This document shows positions 16,995-26,957 of a DNA stretch of 64,000 nt, piece after piece. A program made the translations under genes and the position numbers. Numbering within the stretch: the first letter of the stretch is position 1; each line of letters begins with the position of its first letter. The stretch spans positions 3,848 to 67,847 of the forward strand of contig MFYT01000007.1 in the NCBI GenBank assembly GCA_001789205.1, in the 5' to 3' direction. The notes beneath the pieces were generated by a model. The model worked only from the letters and a program-made list of their open reading frames with translations, ran no database searches and was not told where the DNA came from. This DNA comes from Candidatus Raymondbacteria bacterium RIFOXYA2_FULL_49_16 (lineage in GTDB: Bacteria; Fibrobacterota; OXYB2-FULL-49-7; XYB2-FULL-49-35).

Positions 16995-17630
16995 CTAGAA
17001 CAGCAGCCCTCCTGAAATCGCTACCTTGGAAACGGTCTCACTTTCAATGTTATGGTAGCTAAAATTAAAATTAAGCAGGATTCGTGTTCCGGTGAACGGA
17101 ATGGCATAGCCTGCCCCTGCAAGAAAACCGAAGCCAGCGTCGCTGCTGGAGGCGTTGCCAAAAGTAGTTTGGACCACCATCCTTGCCAGACCAAGGTCGC
17201 CGCGGAGGAAAAACCCGTCGCCGATATTGCGGCTGACGAAGTGCATGACACTGGCCCCGTAAATGTATTGGTTGATTTGGACCCATATGCCTCCTTCAGA
17301 CACACGGTCGCCAGCGCCGTTTATAATGAACCCTATGGCGGTCCGGTGCTGGTTGACGGGGAAGTAAAATCCAAGAAAATCAAATTCAACGCATGTACGG
17401 CTTACTCCGGGAATATTTTCAATAGTGTTCATCAGTTCCTGCAAATTCTTTGGATAGGTAATACCAGTCCATCCCAGGCCCCAATAGGTGTACCAGGACT
17501 CGTTTTTTGTCCGCAGATTGGTTTCGGCAACAAATTCATTATCACCCGGACTAGCAAGTGTTTCCTCTTGGGCAATCGGGTAAGACAGAGCTGCAAACCC
17601 AATGATCAGCACTGTCAGGAGGATTTTCAT
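16995..17630 (-). CDS. outer-membrane beta-barrel protein (hypothetical)
   Basis: Signal peptide MKILLTVLIIGFAALSYPIAQE, alternating beta-strand pattern and a terminal ...ISGGLLF. The track ORF's 72-aa N-terminal extension was rejected. Confidence 0.6.
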   Translation of the reverse strand: MKILLTVLIIGFAALSYPIAQEETLASPGDNEFVAETNLRTKNESWYTYWGLGWTGITYPKNLQELMNTIENIPGVSRTCVEFDFLGFYFPVNQHRTAIGFIINGAGDRVSEGGIWVQINQYIYGASVMHFVSRNIGDGFFLRGDLGLARMVVQTTFGNASSSDAGFGFLAGAGYAIPFTGTRILLNFNFSYHNIESETVSKVAISGGLLF

Positions 17631-17924
17631 TCGGAACCCCTTTGGTTTTTGTGGTGTGGCCATTGCGCTATTCAGTACCTTTATACATGCTGCGCCAGCG
17701 TTACTTTTAAGTAAGATTATATTTCCGTCAAAGAAAAAGCAAACTTTTTGTTTCAGTTTAACATCGGCCAAAAAATTCCGTTTTCTCATGCGCCTGCGTC
17801 TCTGGAAAATGGTCATTTTTTTGCCTAGGCCCGAGATTCGCGCCAACTGCCTAATATTGTTTTCTGCTTAACTAATATTTAAAGCAGGAAAAATTTGTGT
17901 TAAAAAAGACAGAAGAAATATTTG

Positions 17925-19073
17925 CTACGGCAGAAATGTCTTAGAGTGCTTCAGCTTGTACGGCAGGTATTCGTCCATCACATAGTTGAGCGTATGGGCC
18001 GCAAAGGCCTGTTGCTCGGCGCGTACGCCCATTTCAATCAACTGATTAATGGCTTTTTGCCATTCTTTGTGGTGTTTGAAGAAGGGATCATTTTTCAGCG
18101 CATCCTTTGCCCGCTTAATGTCCACTTCCTGCAATGGATGCGTGGGAAGCTTAAAATCTTTGATGTCCTGTGGCGTAACCCCTAGGTATTGCGCATGGGG
18201 TACGCAAAAGAACCTGTTGATGTGCGCCGCGTTTCCCGAACCAACCTTGAGAGTACGGTATATATTGGAAAAACCGTAGGGGTCGCAGTCAACAAACGCG
18301 TAGACCGGGAGTTTGCATTGTTCTGACAGTCTGCGGACAAACCGCCGGGTTGCCCGGGTGGGTACGCCGCCCAGCGAAACCAGGATGCAGTTGGCTTTTG
18401 CCCAGTATTTATGGCTTTGGAGCCGCTGAAAAATACCGCCAGTCTCAATCGCCAGGACGAATTTCGCCTTGGTCTCGAATTTCAAGTGTTCATTCAGGCT
18501 GGGAATGGAGTAGGCGCCCGATCCAAAGCGTGTACAATCGATTTTCTCGATTTTCCCGCTTTCAAGGTCTTTGTCGTATACGATGAGCTTGCCCGCAACC
18601 GCACCGCCATGCTCTTCCGGAATAAATCTGAGTTGTTCGCGTGATACTTCGTATATAGAGAACATGGCCTCAATATCATCCATGACCGTGTCCGACTCTT
18701 CCTGCTCGTCAAATCGCGCCTCTTCCCAGTTTTTTGACTGGTAATACGCGTCCCTCTTTGTGGCAAAGTCATTTGTTTCAATAAGGCCTTTTGAGAGCGA
18801 CATCATGCGCAGGGTCTGGGCAAAGGGTTTTACCGTGCTTACCGAAAGCGTGCGTGATTTTTTTTGGTTCAGGATCTTAAAAAAGCCCTCGGCAGCGTCG
18901 TATCTTACATTGGAAAGCGCGCGCAGGGGGAAATAGAGCGAGGGCGTGGTTTTTTTCAAGATTTTACCATGGATATCTGACGCGGTTTTTTTAATATATC
19001 CGACAATTTGTTTGTCGTTGATCTCGGGTCTGATGTCCAATGTTATCTTACGTTCCTGCTTTTTTGGACTCAT
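17925..19073 (-). CDS. top6A: DNA topoisomerase VI subunit A (Spo11/Top6A)
   Basis: KRDAYYQS (catalytic Tyr position). Toprim motifs FVLAIETGG and [10 protein letters not shown]. 382 aa. ATGA overlap with top6B. Confidence 0.9.
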   Translation of the reverse strand: MSPKKQERKITLDIRPEINDKQIVGYIKKTASDIHGKILKKTTPSLYFPLRALSNVRYDAAEGFFKILNQKKSRTLSVSTVKPFAQTLRMMSLSKGLIETNDFATKRDAYYQSKNWEEARFDEQEESDTVMDDIEAMFSIYEVSREQLRFIPEEHGGAVAGKLIVYDKDLESGKIEKIDCTRFGSGAYSIPSLNEHLKFETKAKFVLAIETGGIFQRLQSHKYWAKANCILVSLGGVPTRATRRFVRRLSEQCKLPVYAFVDCDPYGFSNIYRTLKVGSGNAAHINRFFCVPHAQYLGVTPQDIKDFKLPTHPLQEVDIKRAKDALKNDPFFKHHKEWQKAINQLIEMGVRAEQQAFAAHTLNYVMDEYLPYKLKHSKTFLP

Positions 19074-20656
19074 ATGGCCCTCTTTTTCTCAAGCACTTCG
19101 GTGAGGGTGGTTACAGCCCGTTTCACCTCTTTTTCATTCAGGCCAAGGATGTCCTTGAGCGCAATACCGATCTGAGGGATATAGGTCTGGATGTAATTTA
19201 TTTTTTGGAGCGCATCGGCCACTCGCCGTTTGTGGCTTATGTGGGCGGAAATTTTTCTGCCGCACTCCTGGAGAGCCAGGCGCATCTCCTTGATGACCTC
19301 ATCATAGCTGGCAATAGCTTCTTTGCTCTCCGAAGTGAAAGGCACCCAAACCGACGCCATATGCACCATGATAACCAGGGGACCGGAAGGCAGGGCGCCT
19401 CGCGCCTGATCGAGACCGTAGTTTTTCCAGTCAATGCCCTGCACAGTTTTGAAAATGGCGCAGGCAGACTGCTGGTAGAGGAGGGGAACGCGGTTGGCAA
19501 ACCTGAATACCTGGGCAAGCTCGTCACCCGGCAGTTTTCCCCCATAGGCAATCCCCGCCTCTATCTGGAATGGGTTGCCGCGGTATACGGAAGGCGGTCT
19601 GGTCGTTGCCACGAATATCTCAGCTTCAACTTGCTGTTTGAGTCCGCTGACAATAAGATCCTCGCCAATGGGCGAAATGCAGTCAGTGGGTGGGTTCATT
19701 ATTTTTACTTTTTGTATGGCCCTGAATAAATTGTCAGCCTCTTTGAGTGCAATGGCCTTGGGCGATGCGTTGGGATTCAGGTTCGCGGCAGCGCATATTT
19801 CCCCTGCTACCTTTGAGCTTACACGCGAAAAGTCTGACTGTAACGCGCCTTTGAGCGCGCGTGAGTTGGTGGTTTTGAGCATCTTCATGAGCATACCCAA
19901 TTCAACGCCATATGGATGCGGCTTGATCTCCTTTGGCGGAAGCGGCAGCTGTTTTACACTCCGGATATATTCTGCCTTTTCCTCCCCGGTAAGCAGTTGG
20001 AGAGTATAGGTGATGGAAACGTGCGGGTTGGCAATGGCTGTCTGGCGGACATATTCGTCAACCGATGAACGGCCCTTTTGGTATCTTCCTTCCAACTCGA
20101 TTTCAACCAGAGTGCCGTGGTCTTTTGGCCAGTCCATCTCAATATCACGCAGAATTTCTGGTTTGTTTTGGGTTGTATTCAGATGCAGATGGTAATGGTG
20201 CGCGGGTTTGCCTTTGCCTATTTTCGAGGTTATCTTAATTGGCTGGCCTGTTGTAAGCTGCCCGTACATGCCGGCCGCTGAAATACCAATGCCCTGTTGG
20301 CCCCGTGACATCTTCATTGAATGGAATTTTGAACCGTAGAGCAGTTTGGCAAAGATATTGGGTATCTGGTTTTTAACAATGCCAGGACCGTTGTCTTCCA
20401 CAGACATTGAAAAGCGATCTTCGCTCAATTCTTTGAGGGTAACCGTGAGATCAGGTAGAATGCCAGCTTCTTCGCATGCGTCGAGGGAATTGTCCACGGC
20501 CTCTTTGACAGCGGTCAGAAGCGCGCGGCGCGGGTTGTCGAATCCGAGTAAATGCCTGTTTTTGGAGAAAAATTCAGAAACAGAGATGGTCCTCTGTTTC
20601 TCCGCCATTTGTTCCGCGTCAGCGTAGACGTTTTTCTGTTTCTTAGGCACCGGCAT
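19070..20656 (-). CDS. top6B: DNA topoisomerase VI subunit B (GHKL ATPase)
   Basis: Bergerat-fold boxes [19 protein letters not shown] and [11 protein letters not shown], with a transducer-length C-terminus. 528 aa. Confidence 0.9.
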   Translation of the reverse strand: MPVPKKQKNVYADAEQMAEKQRTISVSEFFSKNRHLLGFDNPRRALLTAVKEAVDNSLDACEEAGILPDLTVTLKELSEDRFSMSVEDNGPGIVKNQIPNIFAKLLYGSKFHSMKMSRGQQGIGISAAGMYGQLTTGQPIKITSKIGKGKPAHHYHLHLNTTQNKPEILRDIEMDWPKDHGTLVEIELEGRYQKGRSSVDEYVRQTAIANPHVSITYTLQLLTGEEKAEYIRSVKQLPLPPKEIKPHPYGVELGMLMKMLKTTNSRALKGALQSDFSRVSSKVAGEICAAANLNPNASPKAIALKEADNLFRAIQKVKIMNPPTDCISPIGEDLIVSGLKQQVEAEIFVATTRPPSVYRGNPFQIEAGIAYGGKLPGDELAQVFRFANRVPLLYQQSACAIFKTVQGIDWKNYGLDQARGALPSGPLVIMVHMASVWVPFTSESKEAIASYDEVIKEMRLALQECGRKISAHISHKRRVADALQKINYIQTYIPQIGIALKDILGLNEKEVKRAVTTLTEVLEKKRAI

Positions 20657-20903
20657 CTGATACTTTGGCGCTCAAATTGGCGAGTTGTTCCGCCAGCATC
20701 TTTTCGTAGTTTTGTCCCAGCACTTCCACTTTTTTCATGTAGCGAGTGCAGAAAGTTGCCACGTTGGTCAGCGCTTTGGCGTTCAGGTCGTCGATGAGCT
20801 CTTTCAGTGAGTTGATGTTGAGTATTTCGTTTGTTGAAACTTCGAAATAGATGTTGGGACGGCTGGTAATGCGGTTCTGGATGTCGGACGCCATGAGAAC
20901 CAT
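20643..20903 (-). CDS. hypothetical 86-aa protein, overlaps top6B start by 14 nt
   Basis: ORF only, with no recognised motif. Its frame stays open 147 nt upstream of its ATG (see findings). Confidence 0.4.
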   Translation of the reverse strand: MVLMASDIQNRITSRPNIYFEVSTNEILNINSLKELIDDLNAKALTNVATFCTRYMKKVEVLGQNYEKMLAEQLANLSAKVSDAGA

Positions 20904-20959
20904 GTCAGCGATGATGGATTCATTGCTTTCGTCTGTTTTGAACAGATCGATACCTTTAA

Positions 20960-21658
20960 TTAGCTGGTCGACCAGATATCTGCCGTTAAAGACATATTTC
21001 CGGGCGTTTCTTCGGCGGGCGCTTGCACTGTTTCCTGTTTGGACAGCGTCTCAATTGGCGTCTGGTTGGGTGACGCCGCTGAAACTACCTGAGCTGTTGC
21101 GACCTCGTCCTTCAGGATAATGACTGTGTAGAGGCTGTCGATGACCTCTTTCTCGTTGGTTGAAAGCTTCTGGAACAAGGTCTCGCTTTTTTCCTTGACC
21201 TCTTTTTCCTTAAGCCTGAGCTTTTCCTGCTTTGCCCTGAGAAAATCGATCTCCTGGGTGCATTCTTCCAGTTCCTGTATTATTTGGGCGAGGTCTTTCT
21301 GCCATTTCCTTTTTTCGTCAATAAGCTTCACGGATTCCTTGCCGATGGATTTGAGGCGCTCCTCTTTTTCGCGCACGTTGTCTATTTTTTTCTGGTAGTA
21401 GTCAATGAGCATGTCGATGGTTTTCGCGTCTTCCTCGCGTCCGCTTTTTTTCAGCAGCCACAGTTCCTCAAGCGCCCGCTTGCTGTTCTCTTTCTCACGC
21501 TCAATCATGCGCCCGGAAATATCGAACATGTTTTCCTGGCCGCGTTCTGTCTCGGCTTTTTTCAGGGCGTCAAAAATGCGGTTGTTGCCTGCCACGGGAG
21601 AAGCCGGCCCATTTATGGTGATTGGAGAGGGAACCCACCTTTTTTCATTTTCTTCCAT
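20960..21658 (-). CDS. hypothetical coiled-coil protein (first gene of the Topo VI operon)
   Basis: Long K/E/L heptad-rich segment (EELWLLKKSGREEDAKTIDMLIDYYQKKIDNVREKEERLKSIGKE...LRAKQEKLRLKEKEVKEK). Start set at ATG 21658 (AGGGG 8 nt upstream). The track start at 21691 is a GTG lying at or upstream of the predicted transcription start. Confidence 0.5.
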   Translation of the reverse strand: MEENEKRWVPSPITINGPASPVAGNNRIFDALKKAETERGQENMFDISGRMIEREKENSKRALEELWLLKKSGREEDAKTIDMLIDYYQKKIDNVREKEERLKSIGKESVKLIDEKRKWQKDLAQIIQELEECTQEIDFLRAKQEKLRLKEKEVKEKSETLFQKLSTNEKEVIDSLYTVIILKDEVATAQVVSAASPNQTPIETLSKQETVQAPAEETPGNMSLTADIWSTS

Positions 21659-21694
21659 AACAAACCCCTGTCTATGGTTGAATGCCTTCACTAT

Positions 21695-21723
21695 AATATA
21701 AATTTGCAGAGGGGAATTGTAAA
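21695..21723 (-). promoter_or_regulatory. sigma-70-like promoter for the coiled-coil/Topo VI operon
   Basis: Minus strand reads TTTACA-17 nt-TATATT. Confidence 0.5.
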
Positions 21724-21744
21724 ACGAAAAATATTTTAGAGCGT

Positions 21745-22641
21745 TTATTCACCCGCTTGCCCGCATACGGAGAAATAGTGACTGAAAAACCTATCACTGT
21801 CCACGGATAGTGCAATGGCATGCGGACCCGGTTTGGTCCCGGGTGTCCATAGAGTTTTCCCGCTGTATTTTCCTTCATGCAGATCTACAGTAACTTTTCC
21901 TTGAGCAAACCCGCATATGTTCGGATTGAAAATGGTTACAGCGGCAAGGGGATCGTGAAAGGTGATAGTGTTGCGTTCCCGGAACCAGACACGGGCGAAG
22001 TCGAGCACCGGACGCAGCAGACGCGTCTGAAAGCGCTGTGTGACCTCGTCGGTATTCATGACAACCTTGGTGGTCACGTCCAATCCTATAGACCGGTGCG
22101 TACGCACAGGCGCGTTGAACACGATCGCGGATGCGTGCGGATCGACCAGTGAATTCCACTCTGCAAGGGGAAGCGTCCGGTCTTTCCGGTTAAAAACACC
22201 GATCATCATGACCAGGGCCTTTAGTAGATGCGGGATCTCCGGATCCACACAAAACAGGAGTGCGATGTTGGTCATTGGCCCAATGGCCAGCAGGGTGATC
22301 TCTCCCGGGTGCTTCCGGATGGTTCGCCTCATGAAGTCAATGGCTTGACCCAGGGGAAACTTAGTGTCATGTTTCCACTTCCCAAGCGCCGCGGACTGGG
22401 GAACCAGAGGCTGTTTCTGAGGGATAATGAGCGGGTCCCGTGAGCCGGGGAATATAGGGATTTCCCTGCCTGCGAGCCTGCATAGCACGCTTGCGAGCAT
22501 GGCGCGCTTCACGGTATCGCCGGTGACTGTTGTGATACCGAGCAGGTCGCATTTGGGCTGGGAAAGGAGATAGGCGAGACACACTGAGTCGTCGATGTCT
22601 GAACCAATGTCTGTGTCCAGGAGGATCTTTATTTTTTTCAT
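21745..22641 (-). CDS. nucleoside hydrolase (inosine/uridine-preferring family)
   Basis: [26 protein letters not shown] (DxDxxxDD motif). Start moved to ATG 22641; the track's 53-aa extension was rejected. Confidence 0.85.
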   Translation of the reverse strand: MKKIKILLDTDIGSDIDDSVCLAYLLSQPKCDLLGITTVTGDTVKRAMLASVLCRLAGREIPIFPGSRDPLIIPQKQPLVPQSAALGKWKHDTKFPLGQAIDFMRRTIRKHPGEITLLAIGPMTNIALLFCVDPEIPHLLKALVMMIGVFNRKDRTLPLAEWNSLVDPHASAIVFNAPVRTHRSIGLDVTTKVVMNTDEVTQRFQTRLLRPVLDFARVWFRERNTITFHDPLAAVTIFNPNICGFAQGKVTVDLHEGKYSGKTLWTPGTKPGPHAIALSVDSDRFFSHYFSVCGQAGE

Positions 22642-22706
22642 TTGTCTAAAAAAATACACCTTCCAGCCCTGAAAAACAAGTCTGAGAATAGGCGTGAGCG
22701 ATTCAT

Positions 22707-22735
22707 TTGACAATGAGTAAGAATTGGTATATATT
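22707..22735 (+). promoter_or_regulatory. sigma-70-like promoter
   Basis: TTGACA-17 nt-TATATT, 25 nt upstream of ATG 22760. Confidence 0.6.
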
Positions 22736-22759
22736 AAATAAAAAGAAAGTGGGGGTATT

Positions 22760-24826
22760 ATGAGACAATGCGTCCTTTCCCTGTTTTTGCTTTCATCCAT
22801 CGCATGCGCAGGCGGGTTAACAGGTCATACGGGAACAAATATCGACATCTACTGCGCGGAATTCACTCCTGAAATGGTCACGTATCTTAAAACCCTGAAT
22901 GCCAAGTGGAACCTCAATAGCGGATGGAGCAAATACCGGACTATAACGTTTGGTAACAGCATCACGGTTGACGGCAATCACTGGTCGCCGCTTGCGAATA
23001 ACGTCACCGGTATTGCGAACGCCACGGACATCAACGCATTCAAGGATTCCACCATCAACCTGGGTACATGGATAGCAAACGGCAAGGTCGCGGAGAGCGG
23101 TCGCACTATACAATGGGTCTCCAAACAGGTCGCCTCAGCGCTTTCAAACCGCAAGCCCATGTTTGCGGTGATAATGATAGGCACCAACGATATTTCCATC
23201 AGCCATCCGCCTGCCGACCAATGCGAACCGTCGAATGACTGTTGGGGAGATACGGTGCATTACAAACAAATCACCGACCAGCTTATCAATGTTGGCGTCA
23301 TTCCTATTATAACCACCATTCCTCCAATCGATTTTTCGCTTATGGGCAATGCGTCAAACAGGGAACCCGCGTTGAGGGCATACAACAATAATCTCCGAAC
23401 CTTTGCTGAAAACCACAAGTTCCCTCTCATCGATCTCCACCGGTGGAGCGATGACCACGGTCCTGTATCAGCCCTTTTAGGCGATTGGGCGCATCCGTCT
23501 GGATGTAGCGACGGATCAGCCAGCTTTTCCGACAATTGCCTTGACGGTGGTTCGTCCGGCGGGCTTCAAAACGTGCGTAACTATATGATTATTATGGCTG
23601 TTAACGACTTGATACGATATGTGGTTTTTAACGAACCTGTTCCGGTGGACACTATTCCCCCCGGTGTTGTTACAAACCTTTCCGCAATAACCGGCGCGGG
23701 CAATGGAACAGTGGTTCTTTCCTGGACCGCTCCTGGCAGTGACAGTACCGGCGGCCGGTATGTCCGGTCCCTTGATATACGATATTCGCAGAGCAATATA
23801 ACAGAGCAAAATTTTTCTTCTCTTCCCAGACTGCCTAACATTCCCAAGCCGGTCTTGTCCGGCACCTTGCAAAGCATGAACGTCCTCAATCTCACTCCGG
23901 GACAAACCTATTATTTTGCCATGAAGGCCGCGGACCGTACCGATACCAGCGCTCTCTCCAATGTAGCGAGCGTGCAGGCCAGGTCTGGACTGCCGCTGGT
24001 GAAGGACAGCGTACGCCTCGATGCCTATCAGGATACTTATTTCAAAAAGAACGAAACCGACAACAAGGGCGGCCTTGCTTGGCTTTCGCTCAGTTCAGCA
24101 TATAATGGAATCACCTATTTGCGTTTCGATATGTCCGTCTGTACAAAAATGCCCGATTCAGCGGTCATTGTTTTGCAGCCCTGTGAATGGGGCGCCACCA
24201 CGTTCCAATACACGACAGTGATCCGGCCCGTGACCAAAGCCATGACCGAAGACGCCTTTTTTGCAGGAGGGCCCATTGCCTTCTGGCTAGGAAACGCCTT
24301 GGAATATCCTTCAGCATCATATACAGGCCCCTATAACGGCCAGACCAAGTACTATTTTCCCGTTGCGCGTGAAGCCATTCAGATGTATGCGCAGGGAACG
24401 GCCTATGGCCTTGCCATTATCAATACAGACAGCGCCAATGCGGCCAATCAGTTCTGGAGCAAGGACCGGGGGGCCGCTGAAAGTCCCTATATGATAGTGT
24501 ATTCGGGATTGGACAATGTTTCCGCCGAACAGCCGGATGACTTTTCCGTTGGTCCGGCAATACTCACAGTCATGCCCAATCCATTCAATCCGTCAACTAC
24601 AATAACGATTTCGAATTGCAAGTCGCACATTGCGGAAGAGGAATTGAAAATATACAACGTTAAAGGGGAAATGGTTGACGATTTGTCCTTATTGATTAAC
24701 AACGCAGAATTTCCAATTCGTAATTCCATCATATGGGATGCGTCCCGCCGGCAAAGCGGCGTGTATGTTGTCAAGGCAAAGATTGGTGGCCAGGTTCTGA
24801 CAAAGACAATTACGTTTCTTAAATAA
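22760..24826 (+). CDS. secreted SGNH/GDSL-type hydrolase with Fn3-like and beta-rich middle domains and T9SS-type C-terminal sorting domain
   Basis: Signal peptide [23 protein letters not shown] blocks [15 protein letters not shown] and GDWAHPSG. Tail is [14 protein letters not shown]...[22 protein letters not shown]. Confidence 0.75.
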   Translation: MRQCVLSLFLLSSIACAGGLTGHTGTNIDIYCAEFTPEMVTYLKTLNAKWNLNSGWSKYRTITFGNSITVDGNHWSPLANNVTGIANATDINAFKDSTINLGTWIANGKVAESGRTIQWVSKQVASALSNRKPMFAVIMIGTNDISISHPPADQCEPSNDCWGDTVHYKQITDQLINVGVIPIITTIPPIDFSLMGNASNREPALRAYNNNLRTFAENHKFPLIDLHRWSDDHGPVSALLGDWAHPSGCSDGSASFSDNCLDGGSSGGLQNVRNYMIIMAVNDLIRYVVFNEPVPVDTIPPGVVTNLSAITGAGNGTVVLSWTAPGSDSTGGRYVRSLDIRYSQSNITEQNFSSLPRLPNIPKPVLSGTLQSMNVLNLTPGQTYYFAMKAADRTDTSALSNVASVQARSGLPLVKDSVRLDAYQDTYFKKNETDNKGGLAWLSLSSAYNGITYLRFDMSVCTKMPDSAVIVLQPCEWGATTFQYTTVIRPVTKAMTEDAFFAGGPIAFWLGNALEYPSASYTGPYNGQTKYYFPVAREAIQMYAQGTAYGLAIINTDSANAANQFWSKDRGAAESPYMIVYSGLDNVSAEQPDDFSVGPAILTVMPNPFNPSTTITISNCKSHIAEEELKIYNVKGEMVDDLSLLINNAEFPIRNSIIWDASRRQSGVYVVKAKIGGQVLTKTITFLK

Positions 24827-24848
24827 GTACCAAATTGACCAAATAACG

Positions 24849-25748
24849 TCAGCGGAAGGCTTTCCGGCAAATCCAGGCGGCAAAGGTGATGCAGGCGGCG
24901 CCGATCATAAAACGGAGTCCTGGCGGGGTATTGAGATAGAGACCAGATACGCAGGTGGCTAGTATAGGGGTAAAATAAGAAGCGGAAGCCACCAGTACCA
25001 TGTCGCCTTTGCGCATGGCCAGTTCAAAGAAAAGATACGCTGTAACGGTCAATACCGCCATGAGACCGGCCAACGCGAGTGTAGAGGCCGAAAAGACCGG
25101 ATTTTCAGCAGCGCGCCATCTCAGGACCAGCAGTACAATTCCTGCAACAGCCATGAATAGAAAAACCGCCGAGCCTTGGGCTTGCGCCGCATATTTCCGG
25201 CTGAAATTGGAATAGAGCCCCCACGTAAGAGCGCAGATGAACGCCAGACCATAGGGAAACGGATTGTGCGTCACTCGTGCGGCAGCGGCAGACAGATCGA
25301 GTCCAGAACTTAAGGCAACAATGACGCCCGAGCAAGCCAGCAGTACGCCCGGTAGCAGGAGCATTGTGGGCCGGGTAGACAGAATGGGCATTGAGAACAG
25401 CAGAATAAAGGTGGGCCAGAGATAGTTGATGAGCGCCACTTCGAGTGCTTGATGCCGCGAGGCCGCGCTGGTCAGCGCCTGGTAGATACAAGGCATATAA
25501 AGCGCGAACAAAGAGCCGCAGACAACAAGGTACTTCCAGGAGAAGGAACGATACACGCGAAGGCCATGCGGCAGGAGAAAGGCCTGCAACGTGAGTCCGG
25601 CCGCGCCGCCAGCTAGATATACTGCCGCGCCTGCTGAATAGGGACCCAGCCGTTCGCCGAGGACACGGACCATGCCCGGGGTCACACTCCATATGGCAAG
25701 TGCGATAAACCCAAGGAGAGTAAAAGACCGGGATGGGGAAATGGTCAT
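24849..25748 (-). CDS. EamA/DMT-family transporter
   Basis: About 10 TM helices in two EamA-like halves. Start moved to ATG 25748 (MTISPSRSFTLLGFIALAIW). Confidence 0.7.
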   Translation of the reverse strand: MTISPSRSFTLLGFIALAIWSVTPGMVRVLGERLGPYSAGAAVYLAGGAAGLTLQAFLLPHGLRVYRSFSWKYLVVCGSLFALYMPCIYQALTSAASRHQALEVALINYLWPTFILLFSMPILSTRPTMLLLPGVLLACSGVIVALSSGLDLSAAAARVTHNPFPYGLAFICALTWGLYSNFSRKYAAQAQGSAVFLFMAVAGIVLLVLRWRAAENPVFSASTLALAGLMAVLTVTAYLFFELAMRKGDMVLVASASYFTPILATCVSGLYLNTPPGLRFMIGAACITFAAWICRKAFR

Positions 25749-25918
25749 GGTGTTACAATGTGGAAGGCATGGTCTTTTTGGATTTGCATGTTTGTTAAGA
25801 AAAATAACCCTTGCATACGTGTGAAACAAGGGAAAATGAAAAACCGCTTTTTCGCACTGGCGTCTGGATACCTGGAAATCATTGATTTCGTTTACCTTAT
25901 TTGTTATTTTCATTGTAA

Positions 25919-26437
25919 ATGAATTGGTTGGACCTGATCATTCTTGTTGTGCTTGCTGTTTGTATTTTCCTCGGAGTAAAACGAGGGGTCTTTCAAAGCC
26001 TTTTCAGTCTTCTTGCGATTATTGCGGCTTTTTATCTTGCCAGCTACATTTCAGTCATGTTCAGTCACATAATAGGAAACAACAAACTTATCAGTTGGGT
26101 GGTTTTTACAGGAATTTTTATCGGATCAGCTATCTTATTGATGTTCATTGGCAAATTCATCCGGTTTATCGCCATTACGGTTCTTTCCGGACTTATTGAT
26201 CGGCTTGGCGGTTTTGCCATCGGAGCACTGCAGGGTATTGTGATCTGCGGTCTCCTGCTTTTCGGCGTATTGGTCCTTGGGTTTGAAAAATCAGGCCCAA
26301 TCAAAGGTTCTGCCATTGCTCCGGCTATTCTTGTGTCTATCAAGGGTTTGGTGGCCGGCACCCCAATAGGAATCAAGAACCGTTTTGACGAGAAGCTCAA
26401 AGAAACCCTCAAAGCAGGCAAAGAACTTATTAAATAG
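25919..26437 (+). CDS. cvpA: CvpA-family membrane protein
   Basis: MNWLDLIILVVLAVCIFLGVKRGVFQSLFSLLAIIAAFYLA, with 4 TM helices. 172 aa. Confidence 0.75.
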   Translation: MNWLDLIILVVLAVCIFLGVKRGVFQSLFSLLAIIAAFYLASYISVMFSHIIGNNKLISWVVFTGIFIGSAILLMFIGKFIRFIAITVLSGLIDRLGGFAIGALQGIVICGLLLFGVLVLGFEKSGPIKGSAIAPAILVSIKGLVAGTPIGIKNRFDEKLKETLKAGKELIK

Positions 26438-26491
26438 TAGCCCCAGTTTTAGCGAAATTCGTGCCCATATCTGTAACTTCAAAAATATTAT

Positions 26492-26521
26492 TTGACATCA
26501 ACTTTTTAAATAATTTATACT
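26492..26521 (+). promoter_or_regulatory. sigma-70-like promoter of the tRNA-tuf transcription unit
   Basis: TTGACA-18 nt-TATACT, 30 nt upstream of tRNA-Thr. Confidence 0.6.
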
Positions 26522-26550
26522 TAACGGTCTATATTCACGGGGATTGTATT

Positions 26551-26623
26551 GCCTGCGTAGCTCAGTTGGTAGAGCAGCTGATTTGTAATCAGCTTGTCGG
26601 CGGTTCGATTCCGTTCGCAGGCT
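26551..26623 (+). tRNA. tRNA-Thr (anticodon UGU)
   Basis: Manual cloverleaf: acceptor GCCTGCG/CGCAGGC, anticodon loop TTTGTAA, T-loop TTCGATT. 73 nt, CCA not encoded. Confidence 0.9.
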
Positions 26624-26651
26624 TGGATAATAGCTTTTCTTTGAAATGTAT

Positions 26652-26734
26652 GGACAGATGCCCGAGTGGTTAAAGGGGACGGACTGTAAATCCGTTGGCA
26701 ATTGTCTACGGTGGTTCAAATCCACCTCTGTCCA
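26652..26734 (+). tRNA. tRNA-Tyr (anticodon GUA)
   Basis: Acceptor GGACAGA/TCTGTCC, anticodon loop CTGTAAA, long variable arm. 83 nt. Confidence 0.9.
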
Positions 26735-26741
26735 TTTTTTT

Positions 26742-26813
26742 GCGGGCGTAACTCAATGGTAGAGTACCACCCTTCCAAGGTGGTCGTTGTGAGTTCGAAT
26801 CTCATCGCCCGCT
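26742..26813 (+). tRNA. tRNA-Gly (anticodon UCC)
   Basis: Acceptor GCGGGCG/CGCCCGC, anticodon loop CTTCCAA. 72 nt. Confidence 0.9.
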
Positions 26814-26820
26814 GGTACTC

Positions 26821-26894
26821 GCCCAAGTAGCTCAGTCGGTAGAGCACGTCCTTGGTAAGGACGAGGTTCACGGGTTCGAATCCCGTCTTGGGCT
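26821..26894 (+). tRNA. tRNA-Thr (anticodon GGU)
   Basis: Acceptor GCCCAAG/CTTGGGC, anticodon loop TTGGTAA. 74 nt. Confidence 0.9.
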
Positions 26895-26957
26895 CATTTG
26901 AGATAAGGCGTACGATGTACTTAAATCGTAAAATAACAAATCTAAAAGGAGTCTTTC

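Noticed and set aside
16995-17846. Long N-terminal extensions on several track ORFs (16995-17846, 21745-22800, 24849-25913, 6797-8572, 45698-46468, 48873-49373, 54754-55422, 28370-28597, 28572-29135)
   Set aside because: The extensions overlap upstream genes, tRNAs or promoters and lack homology to the family N-termini. Internal starts with an RBS or family-typical N-termini were used instead.
17859-17893. Imperfect hairpin (TTTTCTGCTT...AAGCAGGAAAA) downstream of top6A as a terminator
   Set aside because: It has an 11-12 nt AT-rich loop and a bulged stem with low predicted stability. It is plausible but not supportable by eye.
25105-25692. 195-aa minus-strand ORF in another frame of the EamA gene
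   Set aside because: It is Arg/Cys/Ser-rich with no TM pattern, whereas the EamA frame gives ten clean TM helices.
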